A stretch of DNA of 63,689 bases, counting the filler, from Guillardia theta CCMP2712 (taxonomy: Eukaryota; Protista; Cryptophyta): the NCBI RefSeq assembly GCF_000315625.1. It is 5 parts of 5 records of this genome, joined end to end, with 100 filler letters (N's around TTAATTAATTAA, not from the genome) between each part and the next. Parts side by side here need not be neighbours in the genome. Positions count along the whole stretch, not along the records: positions 26,383 to 41,460 come from NW_005434658.1; positions 41,561 to 60,448 come from NW_005434474.1; 3 more parts are not named here. One strand, 5' to 3'. Both the position numbers and the translations under genes were made by a program. Positions 38,901-50,099 of the stretch are shown one piece after another. Within the stretch, counting starts at the first letter, position 1; each line of letters starts with the position of its first letter. The notes below the pieces were generated by a model. It saw only the letters and a program-made list of their open reading frames with translations. It was not told the origin of the DNA and ran no database searches.

Positions 38901-39886
38901 AGAGAGCGTCATGCTGCTACTCTACATGGAACTTCTCAGGCGCGCAGGCTCGTTGGGTACGAGAGTCCCGCCGTGCTGGGAAGGGAAGGGGATCAACTGA
39001 CTCCCGATGCGTCGCTGCTTCATCCTTGAAGGATCTGATCTTTCTCTGGAACAGCCCCCGCTCGAGGCTTGCAGCCAAAGAGCCCTTGAGGCCAGTCCGC
39101 TGGCTTCTCCTGCAGTATGGGTAGGCAAACATGCATACAAGTCGCGGCGGCCGTGTCACCGGGCTCAGTTTACCGTGAAATCGGCACTCAGTGCCTGTTG
39201 ACTCAAAACCCACGGGCCGCCGCGCCGCGCAGCACCAGGTTGATGCGACGTTACTGACCGTTGACCGGCCGGGCCGGCACCGGCCGCGCCGCCGTGGGAC
39301 TGGCACTGAAGCCTCCAGGCTGTACCGACAGCCGTTGCGGTTATTAGTACGAGTCACGTGCCGGGGGGGGGCACCGTCAACTGCCGCAAACTCCAAAATT
39401 AGCATCGAAACCCAAAAAGAGTCTAAAAATACCACCCCGCGGTTCCCTAGTAATGACCAGTCTATTTGATGATGGAGGCAAGTGCAGGAGCACGGCACGT
39501 GAGACACNNNNNNNNNNNNNNNNNNNNNNNNNNNNNNNNNNNNNNNNNNNNNNNNNNNNNNNNNNNNNNNNNNNNNNNNNNNNNNNNNNNNNNNNNNNNN
39601 NNNNNNNCTCCCTTGCTCTTGCTTGACCAGTACACTCTTAGTCTACCTCCTCCTCCTCGTCTTCCTCCTACATACTCCTCCTCCTCCTTCATCCTTCATA
39701 ATCCTCCTCCTCCTCCTCCTCTTTCATAATCCTCCTCCTCCTCCTCCTTCATACTCCTCCTCCTCCTCCTTCATAATCCTCCTCCTCCTCCTTCATAATC
39801 CTCCTCCTTCTCCTTGCTCTCGCACCTTCTTGTCTTGTTGCTCCGCGCTGAGCTTGTCTCAGGTTGTGAATTGAAGACGCTCAACC

Positions 39887-41440
39887 ATGACTGTGCGTCA
39901 TCGCTACGGATACATCGGCGTCTTCGGGGACGAGATTGATACGTACGCAAAGGAAGCAAGCGAGCAGGAGCATGTGGACATGCCTCACACTGCTCCCTAC
40001 CACATGACCTTAATCGCCAAATTTGAAATCCAGCAGCTGGTACTAGAGAATCGCATCAGCCTGGAGGGTCTGGTGGAGGAAGCGCAACAGTTGGAATCAA
40101 GATCCATCTACCCGCTGGGGGTCGGCGGGGATCCCAAGGGAGTCTGCTGGGTGGTCATGGTGTGGAACGCCGGCAACATCTTCAGGAAGAAACTTGGCCT
40201 GCCTTGCAAGCAGTTCCACATCACTCTCAGCAAAGTCGANNNNNNNNNNNNNNNNNNNNNNNNNNNNNNNNNNNNNNNNNNNNNNNNNNNNNNNNNNNNN
40301 NNNNNNNNNNNNNNNNNNNNNNNNNNNNNNNNNNNNNNNATCACTTAGAGACGAGGGGTTTACAGCAAGACTGGATTCAAGTCAGATGGATCACCTGGTC
40401 GTCTCCTGCAACCTCGGCGGCGAGTCCTTGCTCGCCTCCTGCTACGCGCGGGAAATGTGCGCCAGGTTCCCTGAGGTAGGAAAGGGCTGGATCCGACTCG
40501 GAGACTGTGCTCGGCAGGAAGGAGCTAGCAAGCTTGCGATGCTAGCGTATGCTCGGAGCCTGCTGTGTCCCCAGGAGAGCGCGAGGCTCGGGGACTACTG
40601 CGCCAAGAAGCTCTTGCAGTGCTCTCTTGAGACGGGTTGGGGATGCTTGTTCGGAGACAACGAGTATGAGCAGATCCCCGACGAGCTGAGAAGCCACCTC
40701 CTCTCTCCGTGGCCACGGTCGCTGCGGGAGAAGGCCATGCGCATCTACGAGAGCAACGCTCCTCTCCTTGTCAGCACTCCTCGCATACACCTGCAGGTCC
40801 CGCTGGTCAACGTAGGGAGGGCCAAGGCCGAGGCAGGTACAGGAAGCTTGCTCTTGCTCGTGACTCCATTGACGGCCTGGCAGAGCTCTTCTCTCTCCCC
40901 CGCTTCTTCAGCTGGGTCGTCCCTTACTTCCTAGCTGGCATGTCCACACCGCGGTGCGAGGCTGACGTCGTTGCCTTGAGCTCCCCGCACGTCGGCGTGC
41001 GCCATGTGGTGACGCTGACCGAAGAGGAGCCGCTTCCGGAGGAGTGGTTCCAGGGCAAGACCGTCTCGCATACTCACCTGCCGATCAGCAACTACCGAGC
41101 TCCTTCCATCGAGCAAGTCGACTTCTTCCTCAGGCTCCTCAACGACCCGACCAAGACGCCGCTGCTCGTGCACTGCGGGGGTGGCAAGGGTCGAGCTGGG
41201 ACGATGCTTGCATGTTACCTTGCAGTCTACGGATGCCAGCCCCCTGCGACTCAAGATTGGTCTCAACCCGCCATGTCAGCCGGGGAGGCCGTCGCTATGA
41301 TCAGGCAGCTTCGGCCAGGAAGCATCGAGACGGAGGAGCAGGAGAAGTTCGTCCACACCTTTGTGAGCGCAGTGTGGAGGAGGCAGTCGGCGCTGGCCGA
41401 GCTGCCAGAGGAGCCCCAGGGATCTCGCTGGAGGGGAGGG
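39887..41440 (+). CDS. Tandem duplicate of the RNA repair gene (2H + TPR-like + phosphatase visible), cut by contig end
   Basis: Near-identical to 35615-37090 with the same intron; sequence degrades just before the gap at 41461. Confidence 0.8.
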
Positions 41441-41759
41441 GCATGACGTTATAGCCTACCNNNNNNNNNNNNNNNNNNNNNNNNNNNNNNNNNNNNNNNN
41501 NNNNTTAATTAATTAANNNNNNNNNNNNNNNNNNNNNNNNNNNNNNNNNNNNNNNNNNNNAATGTCGTGCTCCTGGAGGAGGGAGGGGGGAGGGGGGGGG
41601 GGGGGGGGAGGGAGGGAGGGAGGGAGGGAGGGGAGGGAGGGAGGGAGGGAGGGAGAGAGGGAGGGGAGGGGAGGGGAGGGAGGGGAGGGAGGGGAGGGAG
41701 GGAGGGAGGGAGGGAGGGAGGGAGGAGGATACCCGAAACTTTCTTGCAAGCTTTTCATG

Positions 41760-41873
41760 TGCAGAGGGATCTTGTGAGCAGAACCCTGTGGAGGGAAAAA
41801 AAGCAAGGTGAGGACGAGGAGTGAAAGGAGGGAGGAGGAGGAGGAGTGAAAGGAGGAGCAGGAGCAGGAGCAA

Positions 41874-41913
<40 letters not shown>

Positions 41914-43190
41914 AGCAGGAGGAGCAGGAGGAGCAGGAGGAGCAGGAGGAGCAAGAGTAGGAGGAGGAGTAAGAGAAGGAGGAGGAGGACAGGGATAGTG
42001 AGAGGAGGGAATGGGGATGACTTTACAGATCTGTTTGTGGAAGGAGGAGGGGTGGAGGAGACGATAATCGGTCGAATTGTTTCCAGCTGAGAGGTCAAAA
42101 ACCAGACATTTCTGATGAAAACGTTAGAACGCAAGAGCAGGAGGAGGAGAAGGACAACGATGACGAGGAAGAAGGAGAAGGATGACGACTAGGGAGCAGG
42201 AGAAGGAGCAGGAGCAGAAGCAGGAGGAAGAGGAGGGGGGGATAGGGGGAGAGGGGGAGAGGGGAAGGAGAAGCAGGAGCAGGAGGAGCAGGAGAAAACC
42301 TTTTTGATCAGCTCGATGAAGGGGAGGAAGAGATCTCTGTTGATGCCTGGGGCGGCTCAGCGTATTTTCTCAGCTCGTTCAGTCTCACCATGAGAGTAGA
42401 GGTCGTCAGGTGGACGATTGCTCGTTGCGATCAGGAACTACAACAGACGTCAATCCTCCTCCCCTTCCTCCCCCCATTCTCCTTGTTCCTCCCCCTTCTC
42501 CCGCTCCTCCCCCTCCCCTTCCTCCCCCTTCTCCCCTTCTTCTCCTTCCTTTCCCCTCCCCTCCCCTCGTCCTCGTCCTCTCCACGTTCTCCTTCATTCT
42601 TTCCTTCCTCCTTCCCCCACGTCGCTCTCACCACATTCTTCTTGAACAACGTCTCGAACACAACCCGCAGGATCATCGCGTCAGCCACGTCCGTGACCTG
42701 TGAAAGAATTGTAAAGAGATCTTGCTCAACGACCTTCTCTACTCCCAATCTTCTACTCCCTCCCCTTCCCTCCCTTCTCCCTCCCCCTCCCCTCCCTCCC
42801 TCCCCTCCCCTCTCCTTCCCTTCCTCTCCTTCTTTCTTCCCTGTCCTTTTCCACACCTGAAACTCATCGAAGCAGATGACATCTGCCTCAGTTGCCAGAA
42901 GCTCTCCTGCGAGCGAAACAATCACATTCGTCCTCCTCCTCGTCCTCCTCCTCGTCCTCCTCCTTCTCCTCGTCCTCATCCTCGTTCTCGTTCACTCCCA
43001 CGTGTCTCCTCACCGATCAATCTAGGAGTTTCTCTCAGGAAATTCCCGTTGGAGCGGAGCAGGTGAGCTTTCCTGTGCTGACTCGACCGTCACCTCCAGC
43101 TGATCGCCCAGCAGCCTCACCATCTCGAGCATGAAGGAGTGAAAGTGAACCCTCCGCTTGCGAGATGTTTGCAAAGTCTGCGAGAATGTC
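41760..43190 (-). CDS. AFG1/ZapE (LACE1)-like ATPase, internal exons
   Basis: RRVHFHSFM, ICFDEFQ|VTDVADAMIL, IATSNRPPDDLY, GINRDLFLPFI, DYR. Confidence 0.9.
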
Positions 43191-44493
43191 GAAGTGAGGA
43201 GAAGAAGGAAAAGGAGCAGGAGGATGACGATGTTGGCAAGGTAGAGAAGGAGGAGGACGAGAGGAGAGAGACGGGTGAAAGGGGAGGAGGAGGAGGAGGA
43301 GGAGGAAGGGAGGGGACGAGAAGGGGAAGGGAGGGAAGGCAAGAGAGGGAAGGCAAGGCAAGGCAAGGCAAGGCAAGGGAGGAGGAGGAGGAGGAGGAGG
43401 AGGAGAAAGGTAAAGAAGGAGGAGGAGGGAGGAGGAGCGAGGAGCGAGGAGGGAGGAAGAGGAAGGAGAGGAGAAGGAGGGAGGAAAGGAAGGAAGAGTG
43501 CGTGGTGACGTNNNNNNNNNNNNNNNNNNNNNNNNNNNNNNNNNNNNNNNNNNNNNNNNNNNNNNNNNNNNNNNNNNNNNNNNNNNNNNNNNNNNNNNNN
43601 NNNNNNNNNNNNNNNNNNNNNNNNNNNNNNNNNNNNNNNNNNNNNNNNNNNNNNNNNNNNNNNNNNNNNNNNNNNNNNNNNNNNNNNNNNNNNNNNNNNN
43701 NNNNNNNNNNNNNNNNNNNNNNNNNNNNNNNNNNNNNNNNNNNNNNNNNNNNNNNNNNNNNNNNNNNNNNNNNNNNNNNNNNNNNNNNNNNNNNNNNNNN
43801 NNNNNNNNNNNNNNNNNNNNNNNNNNNNNNNNNNNNNNNNNNNNNNNNNNNNNNNNNNNNNNNNNNNNNNNNNNNNNNNNNNNNNNNNNNNNNNNNNNNN
43901 NNNNNNNNNNNNNNNNNNNNNNNNNNNNNNNNNNNNNNNNNNNNNNNNNNNNNNNNNNNNNNNNNNNNNNNNNNNNNNNNNNNNNNNNNNNCTCCTCCTT
44001 TATCCTCCTTCCTCATACTCCCTTCGTCTTCCCGTCTCCCTCCTTTCTCCCCTCCTCCCCCTCCTCCCCCTCCTCCCCCTCCTCCCCTGCTTCTTCCCAT
44101 TTCCCCTCCGGTTGTTTTGGGTCTCCGAGGAAAATCCCCCGGCCCCTTTCCCCTCCTCGGCCATCCGCCCCTATCCCCCCTGTCCCCCCCTGTCCCCCCA
44201 CCTCAGCAGCAGCAGCATCAGCAGCATCAGCAGCTCCTTCCTCCCTCCTTGCTGCCTCCTCCTGTCTCCTTCCTGTCTCCTTCCTGTCTCTTTCCTGTCT
44301 CCTGCCTCCTCCTGCCTCCTTCCTGTCTCCTTCTGTCTCCTCCTGCCTCCTGTCTCCTGCGTCCTTCCTGTCTCCTGCCTCCAAGCTGCCATGATGCCCC
44401 TCCCTTGTTCCTCTCTGCGATGATGGGTGGAATCTCCCATCCTTTCCTCCCTCCTCCCTTCGCTGCTGCTCCTTTATCTTCTTGGTGGACATA

Positions 44494-45230
44494 ATGAGGG
44501 CAACGTTATCCTCCCCCCCCCTCCTCCTGCTCCTGCTCTTGATCCTCTTCGCTGTCGGTCCTACGGTATGTGGAACGAGCGAGAAAGGAGCCGTCGAGCG
44601 AGACAAACGCATGTCGGCGCTCCTGCGATGGCTGGAGGGAGGAGGAGTACAGCTCGGGGGAGTCGAGGCTGTGTGGAGGGAGGGGATGGGATGGGCCCTA
44701 CGAGCGAGCAAGCGCATCAGTCCGGGCGAGACCTTCCTCAAGGTCCCCCGCCACCTCCTCCTCGGCCCCCACCAGCTCAGGGCCAGCAGCCTTGACAGGC
44801 TCCTCGAGGGCTGGCAGCTTCCCGACTGCATGCTGCTGCTCCTCATGTGCGAGAGCGTAAACAGCAGCAGCTTCTTCCGCCCCTACCTCGACCTTCTCCC
44901 CGACACCGTCGACACTCCCATCACCTGGAGCAAGGAAGAGGCAAAGGAGCTGGTTGGGTCCCCCGTCCTGCATAGGGCAGTGAAGCTCCGCCATGAGCTC
45001 GCGCGATCCTTCCAGGAGATGAAGGACAAGGTCTACTCAGCCCCCAGCTACCCTTCAGCTGACCTCCAGCTGATGCCGGCAGGTCTTTGACAAGTATCCT
45101 GACCGTTTCCCTCCCCTCCTCTTCTCCTACGAGCGCTACCAGTGGGCATACTCCATCCTCCGCTCCCGCGCCTTTGGGAACTACACGCTCATGCCCCTTA
45201 TTGACTTGATGAATCATCATCCAGGTCCTG

Positions 45231-45274
<44 letters not shown>

Positions 45275-45601
45275 CCTTGCCCCCTCCCCTCCTCCCTCCC
45301 TCCCTCTTCTCCCTCCCTTCCTCTTCTCCCTGCTGCTATCTTATCCCATTGAGCCTTTTCCTGCAGATTCGCGCCTCGCTCCAACTCTCCTTTCCGACGG
45401 GTCCGACGCGCTCATCGCCCGCAGGGAGTACAACGTGGGGGACGAGGCACGTGCGAGAGGACGCGGCGACTTCTTGTGAGGTTTGCGGCAGGTGTGGGGA
45501 TTCTATGGCAGGAAGTCCGACGCTGATCTCCTCCTCAACTATGGTTTCACTTCATCTCCGTATCATCACAATAAGTTCAACCAGGTCCTTTCCCCTGCTC
45601 T

Positions 45602-45667
<66 letters not shown>

Positions 45668-47161
45668 CCCCCTCCTTTTCTTCTTCTTGCTTCTCACCAC
45701 ACCTTCAGGTTGAACTCGTCCTAGATCTCGACCTATCTCGACCTTCCATCTCAGAGTCCGCAGGTTTCACTTCCTCCCGCCCATTCACCTGCTGCCCCCC
45801 AGCGCAATCGTATCTCATGACTTCCGTGTTATCAGATCTCAAGCACATGCTCGTACAGGCGTGCGGCTTCTCCATCACCCAGCAGAAGTTCGCGGTACGA
45901 CGAGGGCAGGAGAGGAAGGAAGGAGGGGAGGAGGGAGAACAGTCAGAGAATGCAGGAGCAGCAAGGGAGACCAAGAAACATCGAGGGAGAAGATGGAGGG
46001 GTAAGAATAGCTAGAGAAAGGCAGCGGCTGGTAGGAGGAGGAGGAATGAGAAGGAGAAAGAAGAGGGGAAGGAGGATGAGGAGGAGCAAGGAGAAGGAGA
46101 AGGAGGAAGAACGAGGGAGGAGAAAGAACGAGGAACGAGGGAGGAGGAGGAGGAGGAACGAGGAGGAAGTAGGAGGAGGGAGGAACGGCTGACCACGTGG
46201 CAGCTGTACAAGGGTCTCATCTCTTCTTCCTTGATCACTTTCCTCTCCATCGACGCTGCTGACGACGTGGACGGGGAGGAGACGGTGAAGGTCAGAGGAG
46301 CCGGCGACCGCTGACCCTCATACAGCTCATTGCGCTGGCGCACGGAGACGTCAGGACGATGAGGGTCCAGGTGAGGTCACTGCCCAGCTGCTCTCCTGCT
46401 TGACGAGTCTGCCGGTGGTTGAAGATGCTGTCAAACATCCTTGATAAAGTCTTCCGCAAGATTTCCCACCTCGCCAGAGCTCTTTTGACAAGGTAACCCC
46501 CCACCCACCTACACAGACACCCCTCCACCCCCCCACTTGTCTGGACGTCTGCTGAGGTTGAGGGCTCAAGCTACCCGAGCGGAGATCTCGTGGCCGACCT
46601 CAAGCGCTGGCGAGGAGGCGGAAGAGCGACGAGGCGACGACAAGCCCTCACTATCCGCATGGGTGACCCGATGCGACCCTCCGCAAATCCCAGCTGACAT
46701 CCAGCAGTCGAGAAAGACGTCCTGACAACCCTCGATCAACACGCGAGGATGGCGGCAAAGATGGCGAGGCGATGCCGAGGTTGTCACCTCCCCCCTCCTC
46801 CTTCCGGTCCTCCTCCCCCCTCTCCCCACCCCCCTCCCTCTCCCCCCTCCTTCTCCCTCCCTCCCTCCCTCCTTCCTCCTTCTCCCTCCCTCCCTCCCTC
46901 CCTCCCTCCCTCCCTCCCTCCCTCCCTCCATACCTACCTACCTACCTACCTACCTACCTACCTACCTACCTACCTACCTACCTACCTACCTCCCTACCTC
47001 CCTCCCTCCATACCTACCTACCTACCTACCTACCTCCCAGCTCCCCCGTGACTCTCTCGCACGCAGAAGGTTGCGAGCTTCTCTACCACAACCTGGGGAA
47101 CTTGACGTGGCTCATGGAAAATGAAGAGGGCGCCTGTGAGCGAGGAGAAGGAGGAGCATAG
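44494..47161 (+). CDS. SET-domain lysine methyltransferase (Rubisco LSMT/SETD3-like) with N-terminal signal-like peptide
   Basis: GMGWALRA, FFRPYLDLLP, LMPLIDLMNHH, YGRKSDADLLLNYGF; hydrophobic N-terminus; 3' exons approximate. Confidence 0.8.
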
Positions 47162-47585
47162 AGTCATAACGGCTCTCCTCCTCCCTCCTCCTCCTCCTTC
47201 AAGAGCCTCAGCATGCAGTGAATCTTTGCTGCCTTCTTGCTCCTATGTGCACCAAATCAGCAGACAAGCCTGGGCCTGCTGACTGAGACGTGGGGCCCAG
47301 GGTCCGCAGTCCGGGACCAGTTGGAGATGTAGTATGACAGTCGGTTCCATGCAGTTTGTACGATACAGACAATCTGTATCGGGGTTTAGGGTTTAGAAGT
47401 GCCGGGGCCGAGGAAGCATAAGGCAAGGTGATAACAAACCTTGAAAGCACCTAGCATTTTAATAGATTGTCTGTATCGTACAAACTGCATGGAGGGTTTA
47501 GGAGTGCCGGGGCCGAGGAAGCATAAGGCAAGGTGATAACAAACCTTGAAAGCACCTAGCATTTTAATAGACCGTCTACTACTAC

Positions 47586-47624
47586 TAGGGTTTAGGGTTT
47601 AGGGTTTAGGGTTTAGGGTTTAGG
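47586..47624 (+). repeat. Interstitial telomeric repeat (TTTAGGG) x about 5.5; shorter runs at 47382-47396 and 47494-47502
   Basis: TAGGG(TTTAGGG)4TTTAGG. Confidence 0.9.
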
Positions 47625-47699
47625 CTTTTTCCGATCAGTGACCTTGGCCTGCCACCGGCTGCAGGCTGCCTTAATCATCCACCTCAGTTAAGTCTATGT

Positions 47700-48717
47700 A
47701 GACATCCCACAGTCCTGCCCTGGCGCCCCAGTGCCCGGTGGCATCCAGCTTGCTGAGGGCCACACGCTCTGCCTGCTCCGAGGCTCAGCTGCCGGAGGCT
47801 CTGCAGCTACCCGGTGACCTGCTCTCCCTGCTGCCGCACGCGGCAGTGCTCTCCCATCATGGCATTGTGCTCTCCGAGTTGTGGCTGGGCAGGGCGGGGA
47901 TGCGGGTCTAGCAATGATACCAGCTGATCCAGACCCCAGACAGGAGGGAGGGAGGAAAAGGGGAGGGAGGGAGGGAGGGGAAGGGAAGGAGAAGACCATG
48001 ATGAGATGGTGAGAGGAGGAGAGAAAGGAAGGGATGCAAAGGTGCAGAAGGAAGGAGACGGACAGAGAAGACATGGAGGGATGGGCATGACAGCAATGCA
48101 GTGACTAGTCAGGTGTGCAGGATGCAGGAGGAGGGAGGGAGCGCGCGAGGGCTGCTCCTGACGCAGCTGCTCCTCTCCATCATCGCCTCGCTGATCATCT
48201 TTGTCTTGTTCATCTCCATGTTCGACGGATGCTTCAGGCGCAAGAAGCAAAATCAATCGTGATATCGGAGAGATGCGTCCACCCCAGCTCCTTTTGTCTT
48301 GCTGGGCAGGTAGACTAGCATGCAGGTCCTCGTGAGCTGATTCGGACGTGTCAGAGCAACATGGCAGGACGAGGAGAACTGGCAGCTGCGCTCGAGCCCT
48401 GTCAGGATGTCCTGCAAGCGTGCTGGCTGGACGGCAACGTGAGGTGAAGGAGAGTAGAAGGAGGAGAGCGCGGCAGTCATTGCAGCGGCAGATGGGCCAT
48501 GGCGGAGGAGCCGCTCCATAGAGAAGTAGATGATATTCCTCTGCGGGAGGCAGCGAACTCTCCGTCCAAGAGAGCGTGCGGGACAGGGCCAGGGCTGTTC
48601 TTCGCGCACGAGCTGACGAGGTTGATGCGAGCGAACAATCAGAAGGAGACTGCGGAGCCCCTCCGGTAGCGCGAGTGATGTTGCTGGCAGCGCAATATGA
48701 TGGTAGTGGTGTTGATG

Positions 48718-48749
<32 letters not shown>

Positions 48750-48784
48750 GATGATGATGGATGATGATGATGATGATGATGGAA

Positions 48785-48832
<48 letters not shown>

Positions 48833-48841
48833 ATGATGATG

Positions 48842-48888
<47 letters not shown>

Positions 48889-50031
48889 ATGATGGAGATG
48901 ATGATGATGAGGAGGAGGAAGAGGAAGAGGAAGAGGAAGAGGATGATGATGATGGAGATGATGATGATGGAGATGATGATGATGACGACGACGGCGGAGA
49001 TGATGATGATGATATGAGGAGGAGGAGGAGGAGGAGGAATAGATGAAGCTTCAGCGCAGAATTGGACTCATCCCAACAGCCGTTGGAGGAACATGGTGAG
49101 TCTGACCAGCATTTCAAGGGAGACGGTTTGAGGGGGAGTGAGGGGTAAGGGAGGAGCAGAGAGGAAAGGAGGAGGGAGAAGAGGAGGATGAGATGGTTGT
49201 GCGGTAGCGATGGTGGCAGAGGGGGAGGAGGAGGAGGAGGAGGAGGAGGGACTGACTGGAGGACAGCATAGATCGCTGGCTACCAGGAGAAGTTCTCTTC
49301 GAGAGCATGGTGAAGAGGACGGAGGAGGTGCTGGCAGTGACGGAGAGGGTGAGGAGGAGGACGGATGCGTGTCTGAGGGTGAAGACTTAACATCAGGCCC
49401 AAGGCTCTCGTCCCCCCATCTCAGGCATCCTGTTCTATCAGGGCGAGTCAGACGCCCTGGAGGAGACTGCGGCGCGAGCATGTGAAGTTGACCCACTGCT
49501 GAGACTCCCTTTCACTCCTTCCCGCAGACCAGCACAAGCTTGTAAGGTTCATCGACGGGGCTCGAAGAGCTCTGGGCGGAGGAGGAGCAGGAGGGCAGGC
49601 AGACACCATCCCCGTCATTCTCTGCAAGATCTGGGGAGACGAGAGTCGCGTCCCTCACAAGCTCATAGTGCGAGAGGCGCAAGAGAACGTGAGGGAGGGC
49701 AGGGGTGGAGGAGGAGGACTCTGAGACTGATGCCGCAGGTATGCAAGCAAGTTGAGCTCGTCGACAGTATCGACGTAGAGGATCTTCCCTTCCAGGTGAT
49801 GCAGACTAGGGACGCTGCTGCTGCTGCTGCTGCTCTTCCACCACCACTACCACCACCACCACCACCTCCTCCTCCTCCTTCTCACATTTTTACGTTATGC
49901 AGAGCGATGGCCTGCACTTGAGGGCAGAGGGAGCGGAGGTGAGGGAACCTGGCCGCGGTGACATGCCAGTAACTAGACGGCAGGAGGTGGGAAAGCGACT
50001 GGCCCGACGAGTGTTTGAGCGACTTCGCTAG
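47700..50031 (+). CDS. Hypothetical multi-exon single-pass membrane protein
   Basis: TM-like LLLTQLLLSIIASLIIFVLFISMF followed by RRKK; further exon-like segments with GT-AG boundaries. Confidence 0.3.
48712..49012. repeat. (GAT)n microsatellite, probably intronic
   Basis: Long imperfect GAT run. Confidence 0.9.
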
Positions 50032-50099
50032 AATGAGATGTAATAGCAGCCCAGCAACAGCTGGCTGCAACAAGAGCATGCAACATAAACCCCTCTCCT

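Noticed and set aside
41415-41460. Frameshift making the second RNA repair copy a pseudogene
   Set aside because: Errors cluster in the last approximately 40 nt before a gap, typical of low-quality read ends
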